The notes under the pieces: generated by a model
What the model was told of the DNA's origin: nothing
The model's database searches: none
Seen by the model: the letters and a program-made list of their open reading frames with translations, nothing else
Shown here: piece by piece, positions 20,358 through 30,018 of the stretch
How positions within the stretch are numbered: position 1 is the stretch's first letter
Layout: each line of letters opens with the position of its first letter
Virus record (IMG/VR): IMGVR_UViG_3300037245_001419
Location: 124,001 to 188,000 of that record
DNA: 64,000 nucleotides
Strand: one strand, 5' to 3'
Translations under genes and position numbers: made by a program

Positions 20358-20783
20358 TTATTTTTTATCTCCTGTCCAAGTATCCCATTCTTTCCAACGT
20401 GTAAAATTAATATGTATTTCTTTTTCAGAGAAATACTTTAGTTTTAGTTGGCATATTTCTTCAAGGCCGTCAATACGAGAGTAATTCAACGCACATCCCT
20501 TGCTACTACAAATATCCTTCAGCTTACTCAATTGATTTTGAGGTATACCAAGTGTATAGTAATAGTCTCCACTATAACGCAACGCCCACGCATGCCTATC
20601 ACCATCTTCACCTGATCTAACTAAAGTAATTTTATCAGTCAACCCATACTTATAATTACCAATCAACAAACTAAAGTTCATACTACTATTACTATAACCA
20701 GACGGTTTACCTTCAAAATGAGTGTTAAATATATTTCCGTATAAGTATTTGAGCACTACTTTTCTTTTATCTAACTTTGCCAT
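20358..20783 (-). CDS. Paralogue family X member
   Basis: MAKLDKRKV start; C-terminal ICSSKGCALNYSRIDGLEEICQLKLKYF. Confidence 0.75.
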   Translation of the reverse strand: MAKLDKRKVVLKYLYGNIFNTHFEGKPSGYSNSSMNFSLLIGNYKYGLTDKITLVRSGEDGDRHAWALRYSGDYYYTLGIPQNQLSKLKDICSSKGCALNYSRIDGLEEICQLKLKYFSEKEIHINFTRWKEWDTWTGDKK

Positions 20784-20786
20784 ACA

Positions 20787-21173
20787 TTACCAGGTTTTAA
20801 ATTCTACTTCTTTATCTGCAAAATACTTTAGTTTGATTGCACAAATCGCTTCGAGACCTTCTTCTCTTGATAGCAGCATAGCCTTGTTCCTATCCTTCAA
20901 TATCTCTTCTGCCATTTTAACCTTATCTAAATGTATCTCAAAAGCAAACCAATAAGGCGTACACCCATACGTAGCACGCACAGGATTATATAACAACCCT
21001 TTACTTACTCTAATTCCACTAAGCTTTACCAGCTCATATTTATCAGTTAAAACATAACTATAATTGCCGATACGTAAACTGTAGTATGTCATCCTAGAGT
21101 ATATGTTACCTCTATACGCATACCCATGTAAACGATGTACCCGTACTTTTCTTTTATCAAGCTTTGCCATCAA
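20787..21173 (-). CDS. Paralogue family X member
   Basis: MAKLDKRKV start; AMLLSREEGLEAICAIKLKYF. Confidence 0.75.
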   Translation of the reverse strand: MMAKLDKRKVRVHRLHGYAYRGNIYSRMTYYSLRIGNYSYVLTDKYELVKLSGIRVSKGLLYNPVRATYGCTPYWFAFEIHLDKVKMAEEILKDRNKAMLLSREEGLEAICAIKLKYFADKEVEFKTW

Positions 21174-21507
21174 ATATTATCTCCGTATTGGGAAAACACT
21201 TTAGTTTGCACTCACAGAAATCCACTATCTTATTATCATTATCTCGTGAATGAAGAACAGCATATCGTGAGTGCTCACAAATCTTTTTAACTATATCTAA
21301 CTTAGCCTCTGAGAATGAAAATGTATGAGACCTTCTTACAGACCATTGATTGTCATGAACAGTCATAGATGGACGACGAGTTACATTTCCTTTATGGTAA
21401 TCATATAATACGTTATCTATTAATAATCTGAAGTAGTGATTGTCATGAAATACATTGATGCCGTTATCGTGTAAAAACTTAAGTTTAACTATCTTTTTCT
21501 TTGTCAT
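21157..21507 (-). CDS. Paralogue family X member
   Basis: ICEHSRYAVLHSRDNDNKIVDFCECKLKCF. Confidence 0.75.
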   Translation of the reverse strand: MTKKKIVKLKFLHDNGINVFHDNHYFRLLIDNVLYDYHKGNVTRRPSMTVHDNQWSVRRSHTFSFSEAKLDIVKKICEHSRYAVLHSRDNDNKIVDFCECKLKCFPNTEIIFDGKA

Positions 21508-21784
21508 ACATTTTTATTCGGTGTGGATAAAGCTTTTTCAAATCATCTAACGTTTCATGCATTTGCTGCAAAAGCTCTCGACCTTTGGTAGGCTTAAAAC
21601 AACCCATTTTAGTTTTTTCTTCGTCTGATTTACGAATGCCATTTTCATCCCACCATATCTCTAACATTCTATCATTACCATCTTTACACACTCTATCATA
21701 TACAAGTTTATGATTTACAAATCTGTCATTGCAACATTCATAAGAATCACATTCGTTACAACCACCAGTAATTTCTTCACTCAT
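21485..21784 (-). CDS. Cys-containing hypothetical protein
   Basis: CNECDSYECC motif; overlaps its neighbours. Confidence 0.6.
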   Translation of the reverse strand: MSEEITGGCNECDSYECCNDRFVNHKLVYDRVCKDGNDRMLEIWWDENGIRKSDEEKTKMGCFKPTKGRELLQQMHETLDDLKKLYPHRIKMYDKEKDS

Positions 21785-22476
21785 TTGTTTTTCCTCCGTT
21801 TTTTGCCGCCAGGTAACGTTTTAAAAGAGTAATCATAGAACCCCTTAGAATCTCGTATGACTTCATCAGATCCAACAGGAACTGTCCCTTGTGACTCCAA
21901 CGCCAACTCATTATTAAGATACATATGCAGCTCTTGCATTGCAGTATATGGATCTAGAACTCTAACGAAATCTAAAGGTTTCAACTCAGGATTAACTTCT
22001 AATCCATATTTGGAATCACGCCAATAATGATCATGAATTACCCTAAAGATAGGCACTTTATATTTTAAAAATAATGATTGAAGAAACTTATTATTGCGCA
22101 TCTTCTCATATGCATTTTTATATGAATAATTATCTCTAATATGATGTCGCCTACCCTCCTTTGAGTATTCAGCAAAGAATATATCCATTTCATCAGAATC
22201 AAATATATACCGATCTTTAGTATGATAATTTGAAGACACTACTTTCACATAAGGATATATCACTCCGGCAAAACCGATAGCTTCAATCTCATGAATAGTA
22301 TTGGATTTATTCCAATCATCCCAATATATACAGTGATCATCCCATGTGAATATTTCCAACTTATGTAGAGCATTTTCAATTATTTCAGTTTTACGTTCAT
22401 ACACTGGCACAACCTCGTCTTGAAACATGTTCAAGACGGAGTCGTAGTAATCAGTAAACTTGGAATAGATCCTCAT
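21781..22476 (-). CDS. Conserved phage hypothetical protein
   Basis: MRIYSKFTDYYD...DPYTAMQEL...KGF..YSFK, a pattern familiar from large myophages. Confidence 0.65.
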   Translation of the reverse strand: MRIYSKFTDYYDSVLNMFQDEVVPVYERKTEIIENALHKLEIFTWDDHCIYWDDWNKSNTIHEIEAIGFAGVIYPYVKVVSSNYHTKDRYIFDSDEMDIFFAEYSKEGRRHHIRDNYSYKNAYEKMRNNKFLQSLFLKYKVPIFRVIHDHYWRDSKYGLEVNPELKPLDFVRVLDPYTAMQELHMYLNNELALESQGTVPVGSDEVIRDSKGFYDYSFKTLPGGKKRRKNK

Positions 22477-22958
22477 TACTTTTCATCCATAAACTTTTTA
22501 CGAACATCCATCAGACATATACCCAATAGATTTTTTCCCTTCCAGTTTTTCCGGTCAAATCTTTTCGGGTCATGCTCATCCAAACCGATACCCCAAATCT
22601 TATCAACAGGGGAAGCTTCAACAAGTTCTTTATCACCAGTATCAAACATATACTTTTTTAGTTGCTCGTTCTGACCGAACTTAGCTATGTTCGCATCGAT
22701 AACAATTTTAATGCGGTGCTTATTCCACTCAGCATCATTAAAGCCTTCAACCATACGACCATGCATTTTTTGATCCCATGGATTTTTAGCTTCGAGTATC
22801 ATAGCGAGTCGTTCGTCATCATTAAAGACCCGTGCCTTACCTGCCATCATGTATTGCTCTGCAGTTAAGTATGTAACTCCATCAACGACAAATTCTGATT
22901 TGAACCACTGGCTAAAAGGGCCACCGTAAAAGAAATGAAAATTGTTAGGCTTAGTCAT
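22476..22958 (-). CDS. NADAR (YbiA-like) family protein
   Basis: FSQWF...TAEQYMMAGKA...KFGQN...LVEASPVDKIWGIG...GKNLLG. Confidence 0.93.
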   Translation of the reverse strand: MTKPNNFHFFYGGPFSQWFKSEFVVDGVTYLTAEQYMMAGKARVFNDDERLAMILEAKNPWDQKMHGRMVEGFNDAEWNKHRIKIVIDANIAKFGQNEQLKKYMFDTGDKELVEASPVDKIWGIGLDEHDPKRFDRKNWKGKNLLGICLMDVRKKFMDEK

Positions 22959-23439
22959 TAGTTTTTCCTCCAAGTAATGTTTCTGCTTCAACCAGTGTGG
23001 CATTCTTGTCCCATATGACAACGGTAACATCTTCTCCTCCTAGTTCTTCATTAATAATTAGTTCTATAATTTCCCAGTCACCTCTTGCAAGACCAGCACC
23101 TATTTTAGGCATGCCAATCTTCTTGCCAGAGAACAACTTTTTAATACATCTCATTGCACCACGAACAGCATCGTAGTCAATGTTTATGTTTTGCCTGTTA
23201 CAACCAAACTGTGTGTAAGAGTTTATAACTGTTGGCTTAGTTTTCATAGTGTATGTAATCGTACCCAACTTACTTCTATCACCCTTAATAGTTGCTTTAT
23301 CCTTTTCCCAGGCTTCAGGGAAACTTTCTTTAATCTGTGGCGCAATACCAGACCCCATGTTACAGAAGCAGTTACAGCCATGTGTAATAGCATCAAACTG
23401 AAGTGCATCTTTTACGAGGTCTCCTTTAATATACTTCAT
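22951..23439 (-). CDS. Macrodomain (ADP-ribosylhydrolase) protein
   Basis: KGDL...HGCNCFCNMGSGIAPQIK...INSYTQ...PKIGAGLARGDW. Confidence 0.92.
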   Translation of the reverse strand: MKYIKGDLVKDALQFDAITHGCNCFCNMGSGIAPQIKESFPEAWEKDKATIKGDRSKLGTITYTMKTKPTVINSYTQFGCNRQNINIDYDAVRGAMRCIKKLFSGKKIGMPKIGAGLARGDWEIIELIINEELGGEDVTVVIWDKNATLVEAETLLGGKTND

Positions 23440-23918
23440 TTACCCTTCTTGTAGTTAAAAAATTTGTCAATGTCTTTTTCTTCACCCTGATCTCTGAACA
23501 TGTTAATAGATGATATAAGGTCTTCGTAACTATCAACTAGGTAGTTATGCTTAATTTTAACATCAAATGGTATAACGTGTTTTGGGAAAAACTTTAGTTT
23601 AATCTTCGAGAATAGGTTCACTTCATCAGATTTATGTCTGTGGATAAGAGCCATGTTAGTGGACGTACATATCTCAGAAACCGCAGTTAAGTCATCAGCA
23701 CTAAACATAAATGTATAATGGAAAGAAGACGACGACCCATACCAACGTTGCTTAGACCTATCCTCATAAGTTTTAGCATCGTACCGCACAAGATTGTCAT
23801 TCAACATCATGTATTTGTAGTTGCCAACCAACAAGTTAAAATGAACCCCATCTTTTGAATCACGAGGATGGCTTAGCAGCCATCTTAAATTAATTTTTCT
23901 ATCATCAAGATTAGCCAT
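23436..23918 (-). CDS. Paralogue family X member
   Basis: MANLDDRKI start; ICTSTNMALIHRH...FSKIKLKFF. Confidence 0.7.
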   Translation of the reverse strand: MANLDDRKINLRWLLSHPRDSKDGVHFNLLVGNYKYMMLNDNLVRYDAKTYEDRSKQRWYGSSSSFHYTFMFSADDLTAVSEICTSTNMALIHRHKSDEVNLFSKIKLKFFPKHVIPFDVKIKHNYLVDSYEDLISSINMFRDQGEEKDIDKFFNYKKGK

Positions 23919-24369
23919 TTTCAGCCTCCTTAGATTTTTTAGTTGCTAGATACTCAAGAGAGTATTTAATGTTATCGGTTACTTCAGTTACATTAGAAAA
24001 CAACATGTCTACCTTGTGGTAGTTATTATCATAAATCTTGTATAGCCGAAGACCGTCATCAAATATAATTAATGAATGCTGAGGGTATTGCTTCAATATT
24101 GTTTCAGTGTACTTCAAATCCATTAACGTCTGGTCTAGGTATGCTGCCTCGTGATTCTCCTCAAGTGTGTAATGCATGGGGGAACTATCACGTACTTTTT
24201 CACGCTTAATGTTTTCACATTTATTTTTAGTAATACGTTGTTGTATGCCAAAGCTGTTACCACGCTTATCAATAAGCACAAAGTTCATCTTAACACGAGT
24301 GTGTATTAAGTTATAACACGCTGAAAGCATCTTAGATGATTCGCTTAGTGTAAAATACCGTTCTGTCAT
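23911..24369 (-). CDS. Hypothetical protein
   Basis: ORF in the operon. Confidence 0.6.
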   Translation of the reverse strand: MTERYFTLSESSKMLSACYNLIHTRVKMNFVLIDKRGNSFGIQQRITKNKCENIKREKVRDSSPMHYTLEENHEAAYLDQTLMDLKYTETILKQYPQHSLIIFDDGLRLYKIYDNNYHKVDMLFSNVTEVTDNIKYSLEYLATKKSKEAENG

Positions 24370-24590
24370 GTTTCACCCTCATAAGAGTTTATTATGTTTA
24401 CCGCCTCTTCCATGCTATACGTTGGACTAGACTCACTGTCTCTATTTTTATCCATCCTAGCTACTTTCCAATAGTCCGCAGTTCTAGAATTCTCAATATC
24501 ATCTTCGGTTATTGTGCGTAATGCATCATTTAACCCAATCTGGCCGATCTTATAACACAAGTCATAGTCGGTTAACTTTTTTACATCCAA
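24366..24590 (-). CDS. Hypothetical protein
   Basis: ORF in the operon. Confidence 0.5.
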   Translation of the reverse strand: MDVKKLTDYDLCYKIGQIGLNDALRTITEDDIENSRTADYWKVARMDKNRDSESSPTYSMEEAVNIINSYEGET

Positions 24591-24618
24591 TCCATTGACC
24601 TCTCCAACCCAGTGATTA

Positions 24619-24855
24619 TTATTCTTCCACGCTCTCTTTTACTACTTTAGTTTGATCTTCCTGACTGTCAATATACAGCTGAAGCATACCACCGACAACG
24701 GCATCAAATGATACACTATAACCATCACATACAGTCATGATATGATCTATAGTTTCGTCGCTTATAGTAACATCTATCTCTGATACTTTAGTCATGGATA
24801 GATGTTTTTCATACAATTTAAAGTATGATTTTTCTGGTACTTTTGGTGTATCCAT
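24619..24855 (-). CDS. Hypothetical protein
   Basis: ORF in the operon. Confidence 0.55.
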   Translation of the reverse strand: MDTPKVPEKSYFKLYEKHLSMTKVSEIDVTISDETIDHIMTVCDGYSVSFDAVVGGMLQLYIDSQEDQTKVVKESVEE

Positions 24856-25262
24856 TAATGCTCCTTCTCAGTGACTTCATCAACGAATTCCCATTTTTTG
24901 TCGGATGTATTGAATCTGTATATCATAACATCTTGATACTCAACTGCAATCTCAAGTATACCACTACGTATCATTTTACCGCTAGTGATTGATTCGAAAT
25001 ACGCAAGTATCTCATCAACATCACTATAGTCTCTGAGATCACCATAGAAGATAACCGCACGACATGCAAGAGCGTTCTCAGTACCTGTCTTGATAAGCTT
25101 GTATTCCAGGCTACCTTCACTACCACACGGCAGTATAGTGTCTTCTACATCATTCTCCCATGTAGATATTTCACCTAGTTCTTTTTCTGTTATGATGGGT
25201 ATACCTAGGGCAGGTATTCCGTCATATCTAATTGATGCATTTACATGAGTCCATTGGGACAT
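24855..25262 (-). CDS. Conserved phage hypothetical protein
   Basis: MSQWTHVNASIR...LPCGSEGSL...GDLRDY. Confidence 0.65.
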   Translation of the reverse strand: MSQWTHVNASIRYDGIPALGIPIITEKELGEISTWENDVEDTILPCGSEGSLEYKLIKTGTENALACRAVIFYGDLRDYSDVDEILAYFESITSGKMIRSGILEIAVEYQDVMIYRFNTSDKKWEFVDEVTEKEH

Positions 25263-25263
25263 A

Positions 25264-25545
25264 TTATTCCTCGTCTTTGTTGAATATTTCTATAACCTGT
25301 TTTACCTTGTCGATCATATGAAGATCATCGCAATAAAATACCCCATCACCAACAAACTCACGCTGTTGAGTAAGATAAAAGTCAGGAACTTTATCCACTT
25401 TAGTTACTTCCTTCAAGACATTAGCTAAAGCAATCATTTTATACTTATCATCCATTTTTGTATCTTCACATACATCAGTACAAGAAGTAAAAGCTAAAGC
25501 ACCGATTATTAACTGTGCTTCTTTTTTAGTAATTTCTATTTTCAT
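25264..25545 (-). CDS. Hypothetical protein
   Basis: First gene of the minus-strand block. Confidence 0.55.
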   Translation of the reverse strand: MKIEITKKEAQLIIGALAFTSCTDVCEDTKMDDKYKMIALANVLKEVTKVDKVPDFYLTQQREFVGDGVFYCDDLHMIDKVKQVIEIFNKDEE

Positions 25546-25617
25546 AAGTTATTTCACAAAAGTGGCGTATATGTAATAAAATAACAAAATAAAAGTTATT
25601 GTCAATGTATTTTTTTA

Positions 25618-25646
25618 TTGAAATTAATAATTATATTTACTATACT
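25618..25646 (+). promoter_or_regulatory. sigma70-type promoter for the + strand block
   Basis: TTGAAA-17 nt-TATACT upstream of GGAG and ATG 25682. Confidence 0.6.
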
Positions 25647-25681
25647 TATTATATAATATATGTACTAAGATTGGAGTTAAT

Positions 25682-25882
25682 ATGATTATTTGTGTTGAGT
25701 GTCACACAGAGATGAAAGTTGAGAAAAATGGTGTTGTTGTCCGCTATGGTGGAAACCACTGTTACTCAGGAGACAGTTGGAAATGCCCTACATGCGGTAA
25801 AATGGTAATCAATTGCAATAACAGCCCGTACCCTTCAGATGAACCTTTAGATCCGAAACACGATATCGAAATGAATCAATGA
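25682..25882 (+). CDS. Zinc-ribbon protein
   Basis: CVEC...CPTC. Confidence 0.7.
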   Translation: MIICVECHTEMKVEKNGVVVRYGGNHCYSGDSWKCPTCGKMVINCNNSPYPSDEPLDPKHDIEMNQ

Positions 25883-26901
25883 TAAAAATAGTAGATGACT
25901 TACTGTACATGATTCGCCAGTTGAAAGCAGTTGAATTGTCAATAGACAAGCTAGACATTATAGAGAAATATCCTCAATGTAGAAATTTATTGGAGATAAC
26001 CTATAATCCTTTTAAGCACTTCGCAGTTGGTACAAAACAGATAGATAAAGAGTTAGAATCTACTTTAGTTGATATTCCGAAAATAGATAAGCCGTACATC
26101 ATGATCCATCACTTCTACAATTTTTTAAACGATTCGTTGCTTAACAAAAGATACAGTCGTTCTGTAGGAATCAAAGCGATAAAGAGATGGTGTACAATAT
26201 TTCCCGAATATGAGACCCTTATTATCAACATTTTCAATAAGAACTTGAAGTGTGGAATAGATGCTCAGCTTATCAATTGTATCTATCCGAAACTTATACC
26301 AATGTTTAACCCTACACGACCCAAAATTTGGGATACGATGTGTCCTAAGAGGGTCTTTTCTGAGTACGTTACAATGGAGAAGGTTGAGGGCGAACTGGTC
26401 TACATGAGCATTAGAAACCGAAAGGTGAACATATATAGCAAGCACACCATACCTATTGTCACATTGAATTACCTTAAGGATGAAGTACAGTCATTTATCG
26501 ACATTACTGATATTGATAATATCATGATTGAAGGTCATGTATTCATAGGCAACCAGAGCTTTGATGAGTCTCACCAGAGCATCGTTAGAGGCAGTAAGAA
26601 GTTAACTAATATAATATTTAAAGTGTATGACATACTAACCCTCGATGAGTTCGAGGTGTATTACGACGAGTCAAAAAAATACACAGATCGACATAAGAGA
26701 TTCGCAGAGATGGGTTTCTCTAATTTAAGTATGATACAAGTCGTACCATACCAGCAGTATGATCCAAACGGTGAACACATACTATCACACATGAAAACAA
26801 CAATTTCCGATAACAATTGGAAAGGAGCAATTCTTCGTAAGAACATACCTTACGACATTAAAATTTCGTATAACATAATTAAAGTATACCCCAATTCGTA
26901 A
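25879..26901 (+). CDS. Degenerate ATP-dependent DNA ligase (T4 gp30-like), no OB domain
   Basis: N-terminal DBD-like region (YNP, NLKCGI..LIN.IYP.LIP); motif I EKVEG; IIIa VYDIL; motif IV KGAIL (E to K); stop after motif V. Confidence 0.7.
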   Translation: MIKIVDDLLYMIRQLKAVELSIDKLDIIEKYPQCRNLLEITYNPFKHFAVGTKQIDKELESTLVDIPKIDKPYIMIHHFYNFLNDSLLNKRYSRSVGIKAIKRWCTIFPEYETLIINIFNKNLKCGIDAQLINCIYPKLIPMFNPTRPKIWDTMCPKRVFSEYVTMEKVEGELVYMSIRNRKVNIYSKHTIPIVTLNYLKDEVQSFIDITDIDNIMIEGHVFIGNQSFDESHQSIVRGSKKLTNIIFKVYDILTLDEFEVYYDESKKYTDRHKRFAEMGFSNLSMIQVVPYQQYDPNGEHILSHMKTTISDNNWKGAILRKNIPYDIKISYNIIKVYPNS

Positions 26902-26917
26902 TTTTACGGAGGTAAAT

Positions 26918-27406
26918 ATGAAAACAATAATTAGTACAGGACTTCGAGGCGCAAGCCAAGGAGCTGTAGGAGCAGCATTTATTAATGAGATAGCTGTAGA
27001 TGGATATTGTCCAAAAGGATTTATCTTGCCAACAGGCAAGCAACCAGAACTCGCATCAATGGGACTCAAAGAGCATGAGTCAGACTCGGTTGTAGAGTGT
27101 TTTGAAGATAACATGAACGCATCAGACGGCACAATATTTTTCTTTATGGAGAGCCTGGTAGACCAACTCGATAAAGAGTTAATGGACATCGTTGAAGCGT
27201 CAAACACACCATCACTACTGATAGACCTTGATAGCCCTTTGGACGTAAGAATCGTTGAGAAATTTATCCAGAAAAATGACATAGAGACCTTGCACGTAGA
27301 CGGCTGTCAAGACTCGCCCCACGATAAAACCATATATAAGTTTGTGTGTGGATATGTAACTAAAGTAGTTAAGAACCTAAAACATGAGGCTTTATTCGAG
27401 CACTAG
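26918..27406 (+). CDS. SLOG / molybdenum-carrier-like protein, divergent
   Basis: IIS.G..GA...A...GYCPKG...N...SDGT...LHVDG. Confidence 0.7.
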   Translation: MKTIISTGLRGASQGAVGAAFINEIAVDGYCPKGFILPTGKQPELASMGLKEHESDSVVECFEDNMNASDGTIFFFMESLVDQLDKELMDIVEASNTPSLLIDLDSPLDVRIVEKFIQKNDIETLHVDGCQDSPHDKTIYKFVCGYVTKVVKNLKHEALFEH

Positions 27407-27413
27407 GAGCAAC

Positions 27414-27902
27414 ATGAGCAAACCCTCACTACTAAGAAAAGAGATGGAAGACAGACGTATAGAGATGAAAGGAAAATTAAATGCAGTTGAAGTAGAATTA
27501 GTACAGATACCAAATACCCACTTTAAGTCTGAAGAATGTCAACGTCTAAACTCCACAAAGAGATTATTAATTAAAGAACTAAACAAATTAACTATAGGGA
27601 TTAAGAATATCATGGAACTCGAATCAGACCCTAATGTAGTAAAACAAATGGATGACATCTATAAAAAACTTGAATCTGGCGAGATGTCACCATCTGACTT
27701 GCAGAACATGGTAGTCAAGATGGAGGGCGGTGTTGAAAATGACGATGATACCCCAGACTGGCTAACTGAAGTAGACGATGATGAGAATGAAGATTCAGAC
27801 ACTATTGAACCAAAAAAAGAGGAAGAGGACGAAAAAGGAGTAAATACCGCTTCAGACGATGATATATCTCAATCTGTAGACGATCTACTCGACAATTTAT
27901 AA
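27414..27902 (+). CDS. Coiled-coil protein with acidic tail
   Basis: AGGAG then MSKPS; D/E-rich C-terminus. Confidence 0.6.
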   Translation: MSKPSLLRKEMEDRRIEMKGKLNAVEVELVQIPNTHFKSEECQRLNSTKRLLIKELNKLTIGIKNIMELESDPNVVKQMDDIYKKLESGEMSPSDLQNMVVKMEGGVENDDDTPDWLTEVDDDENEDSDTIEPKKEEEDEKGVNTASDDDISQSVDDLLDNL

Positions 27903-27937
27903 ATAATTTCATAAACACCATATATCTAGGAGACAAG

Positions 27938-28339
27938 ATGAAAATAATCTGGAAAGATATAAAAGGGTTTGAAGGAATTTATAAAATATCAAATACTGGC
28001 AGAGTAGTTCACAGTAAAACTCAAGCAGAACTCACAGGGCCGGACGTTACCTTAACTAAGAACAATACACGTTCAAAAGTTAAGATAACAAATATTATGA
28101 AGACTCACTACCCAGAGTTATTCGTAGTAAAAGAAATAGTTACAGATACTTTAGTTGAGACTTTAGTTGATGTGTTAGTGAAGGACATAACAGGCGAACA
28201 AAAACTTCTTGTCTTGTCCATCGAAGGAATTGAGTACACTTCTTATAGAGAAGCATCCGACAAATTGAACTTGAAAACGTCTACCATAAAGAGACGGGTC
28301 AACTCAAAAAAGTTCGAGGCTTACTTAAGCTTAGAGTAA
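27938..28339 (+). CDS. NUMOD4 DNA-binding protein lacking the HNH nuclease
   Basis: WKDIKGFEGIYKISNTGRV; C-terminal YTSYREASDKLNL HTH-like motif; no HNH motif. Confidence 0.75.
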   Translation: MKIIWKDIKGFEGIYKISNTGRVVHSKTQAELTGPDVTLTKNNTRSKVKITNIMKTHYPELFVVKEIVTDTLVETLVDVLVKDITGEQKLLVLSIEGIEYTSYREASDKLNLKTSTIKRRVNSKKFEAYLSLE

Positions 28340-28356
28340 CAATTTTTTCGGGAGAC

Positions 28357-28653
28357 ATGGTCATGATTATGAAAATTAATCATTATGACTTTCTAACAAC
28401 ATATCAACTAGATGATAGGTCTAGCTGGTATTTGTCTCTAAAACCAGAAAAGATGCAAAGAATAAATACGATTGTATACAGCGTATGTACATCTAATAGT
28501 TTAGCTCTTCTGTATTCGAAGTTCGAATCTAAAGAGTTTAAATATTTGAGTAACGATATAAACGAGTTGTGTAAAATAAAGCTAAAACACAGTGAACCTA
28601 TATTCATTGAAAGGAAATATAATTATGAGCAAAAAAAAAACATTCGGGATTGA
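28357..28653 (+). CDS. Paralogue family X member
   Basis: VCTSNSLALLYSK...INELCKIKLKH. Confidence 0.65.
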   Translation: MVMIMKINHYDFLTTYQLDDRSSWYLSLKPEKMQRINTIVYSVCTSNSLALLYSKFESKEFKYLSNDINELCKIKLKHSEPIFIERKYNYEQKKNIRD

Positions 28654-29122
28654 CGATTACATTAATAAAGACCTGAAGCAGCTAGGTAAAGAAGAGGATA
28701 CAACTTCTAAAAAAGCACCCAAGCTTACTATGTTACGCTATATGGTAACGCCTAGACAATTCAATCAAAACTTTGGTGAAAACAAACCAAATCTAGTTCA
28801 GCCTGTAGAAGAATTCAACATGAATAACGATGTGTACAACATGGTTTATGTTCTATTCAATCATGACAAAGAGATTTGGAGAATGTTTACCACCATGGAA
28901 TCACAAGAGACTGTAGAGCTTATCAGAGATAATAAAGCTGGCCGTGTCGAGTTGATATGCCGTGAGAACTATCACGCTATCGTTAGACTTAAAGATGACA
29001 ACAAAAAAATTCAAGAGCTTGCTGACTTCAAAAGAAAGTATAAGCAAAATATCGATGTGTATCATCTTGAATTAGACTTCGCACAAGGTGTAAAGAAGTT
29101 CGTCGGTCAAGAAATAGCATAA
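28625..29122 (+). CDS. Hypothetical protein
   Basis: ORF MSKKKTF... Confidence 0.6.
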   Translation: MSKKKTFGIDDYINKDLKQLGKEEDTTSKKAPKLTMLRYMVTPRQFNQNFGENKPNLVQPVEEFNMNNDVYNMVYVLFNHDKEIWRMFTTMESQETVELIRDNKAGRVELICRENYHAIVRLKDDNKKIQELADFKRKYKQNIDVYHLELDFAQGVKKFVGQEIA

Positions 29123-29442
29123 TGAAAACGGTCGTAAAATACGGATTCGACGACCATGGGAATAAGATAGAACCAGAAAATGTCGATGGAACCTTAAATG
29201 GTTCCGTTGGTATTTTATACTATGATATTAATGAAGGTCTTGATAGATTCACATTTTACCACCACGATGAAATAGAATTAGCACAAGATATAATGGAATC
29301 TGGCAACTTGATTTCGTCTATATTAAACATCCGCAATAATAATAAATACATTTGTAGGTTGTGTGAATGGAGACTAAAGAATCGTAAGATTAAATTAGTA
29401 TATGGTGATGAGAAATCCTATAACCCAAGTCTGTCTTGTTAA
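29122..29442 (+). CDS. Probable paralogue family X member
   Basis: SSILNIRNNNKYICRLCEWRLKN. Confidence 0.55.
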   Translation: MKTVVKYGFDDHGNKIEPENVDGTLNGSVGILYYDINEGLDRFTFYHHDEIELAQDIMESGNLISSILNIRNNNKYICRLCEWRLKNRKIKLVYGDEKSYNPSLSC

Positions 29443-29782
29443 GATACAAAAAATTTATACTGAAACACGATCAGTAGAGTATTTTCTTAAGGGTAAAATT
29501 ACAGACGTATACAACTCAAAAAATTTCGATAACAGATTAAAAGCCTCATTTATAACTAACGATACTGGTTATAAATGGGGCTTCTTTCGTCACACCTACA
29601 GCGAAGAATTCTTTGAGCTTGTCACAGATATATGCTCCAACAATGCAATCGCAATAATCAACATGCAACATGAAGAAAAGTTTATAAGGAAGCTGGCTTG
29701 GTACAAACTGAAGTACAGGTCGTGTATTCCTATTAAGGAAAAGATAGTATTACAAACTCAAAAAAACAGACTCATGAATTAA
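29402..29782 (+). CDS. Paralogue family X member
   Basis: DICSNNAIAIINMQHEEKFIRKLAWYKLKY. Confidence 0.65.
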   Translation: MVMRNPITQVCLVKIQKIYTETRSVEYFLKGKITDVYNSKNFDNRLKASFITNDTGYKWGFFRHTYSEEFFELVTDICSNNAIAIINMQHEEKFIRKLAWYKLKYRSCIPIKEKIVLQTQKNRLMN

Positions 29783-29784
29783 GA

Positions 29785-30018
29785 ATGTTCGTTACTATTC
29801 TTGTCAATTCAGTTTTGTTTAAACTGGTTAAATACGATGGGGATAAATTTGCAAATAAACTTCAGTTTCAAGTAATCAAATCAGACATACCTAAGATAAT
29901 TTCGATATGTAAAAACAATGCTGCAGCCTTGATACATTCAAGAGATGATAGTGAACAGATAAGAAAATTTTGTGTGATTAAGCTTAAGCATAAAGAGATG
30001 ATTAAGATATTTTATTAA
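29785..30018 (+). CDS. Paralogue family X member (minimal)
   Basis: SICKNNAAALIHSRDDSEQIRKFCVIKLKH. Confidence 0.7.
   Translation: MFVTILVNSVLFKLVKYDGDKFANKLQFQVIKSDIPKIISICKNNAAALIHSRDDSEQIRKFCVIKLKHKEMIKIFY

Larger units (their letters stand above)
3192..27905 (+). promoter_or_regulatory. T4-type late promoters (TATAAATA), 7 copies
   Basis: TATAAATA at 3192, 6385, 17228, 17801, 18368, 19854 and 27898, each just upstream of a + strand gene start. This is the T4 gp55 late-promoter consensus. Confidence 0.75.
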
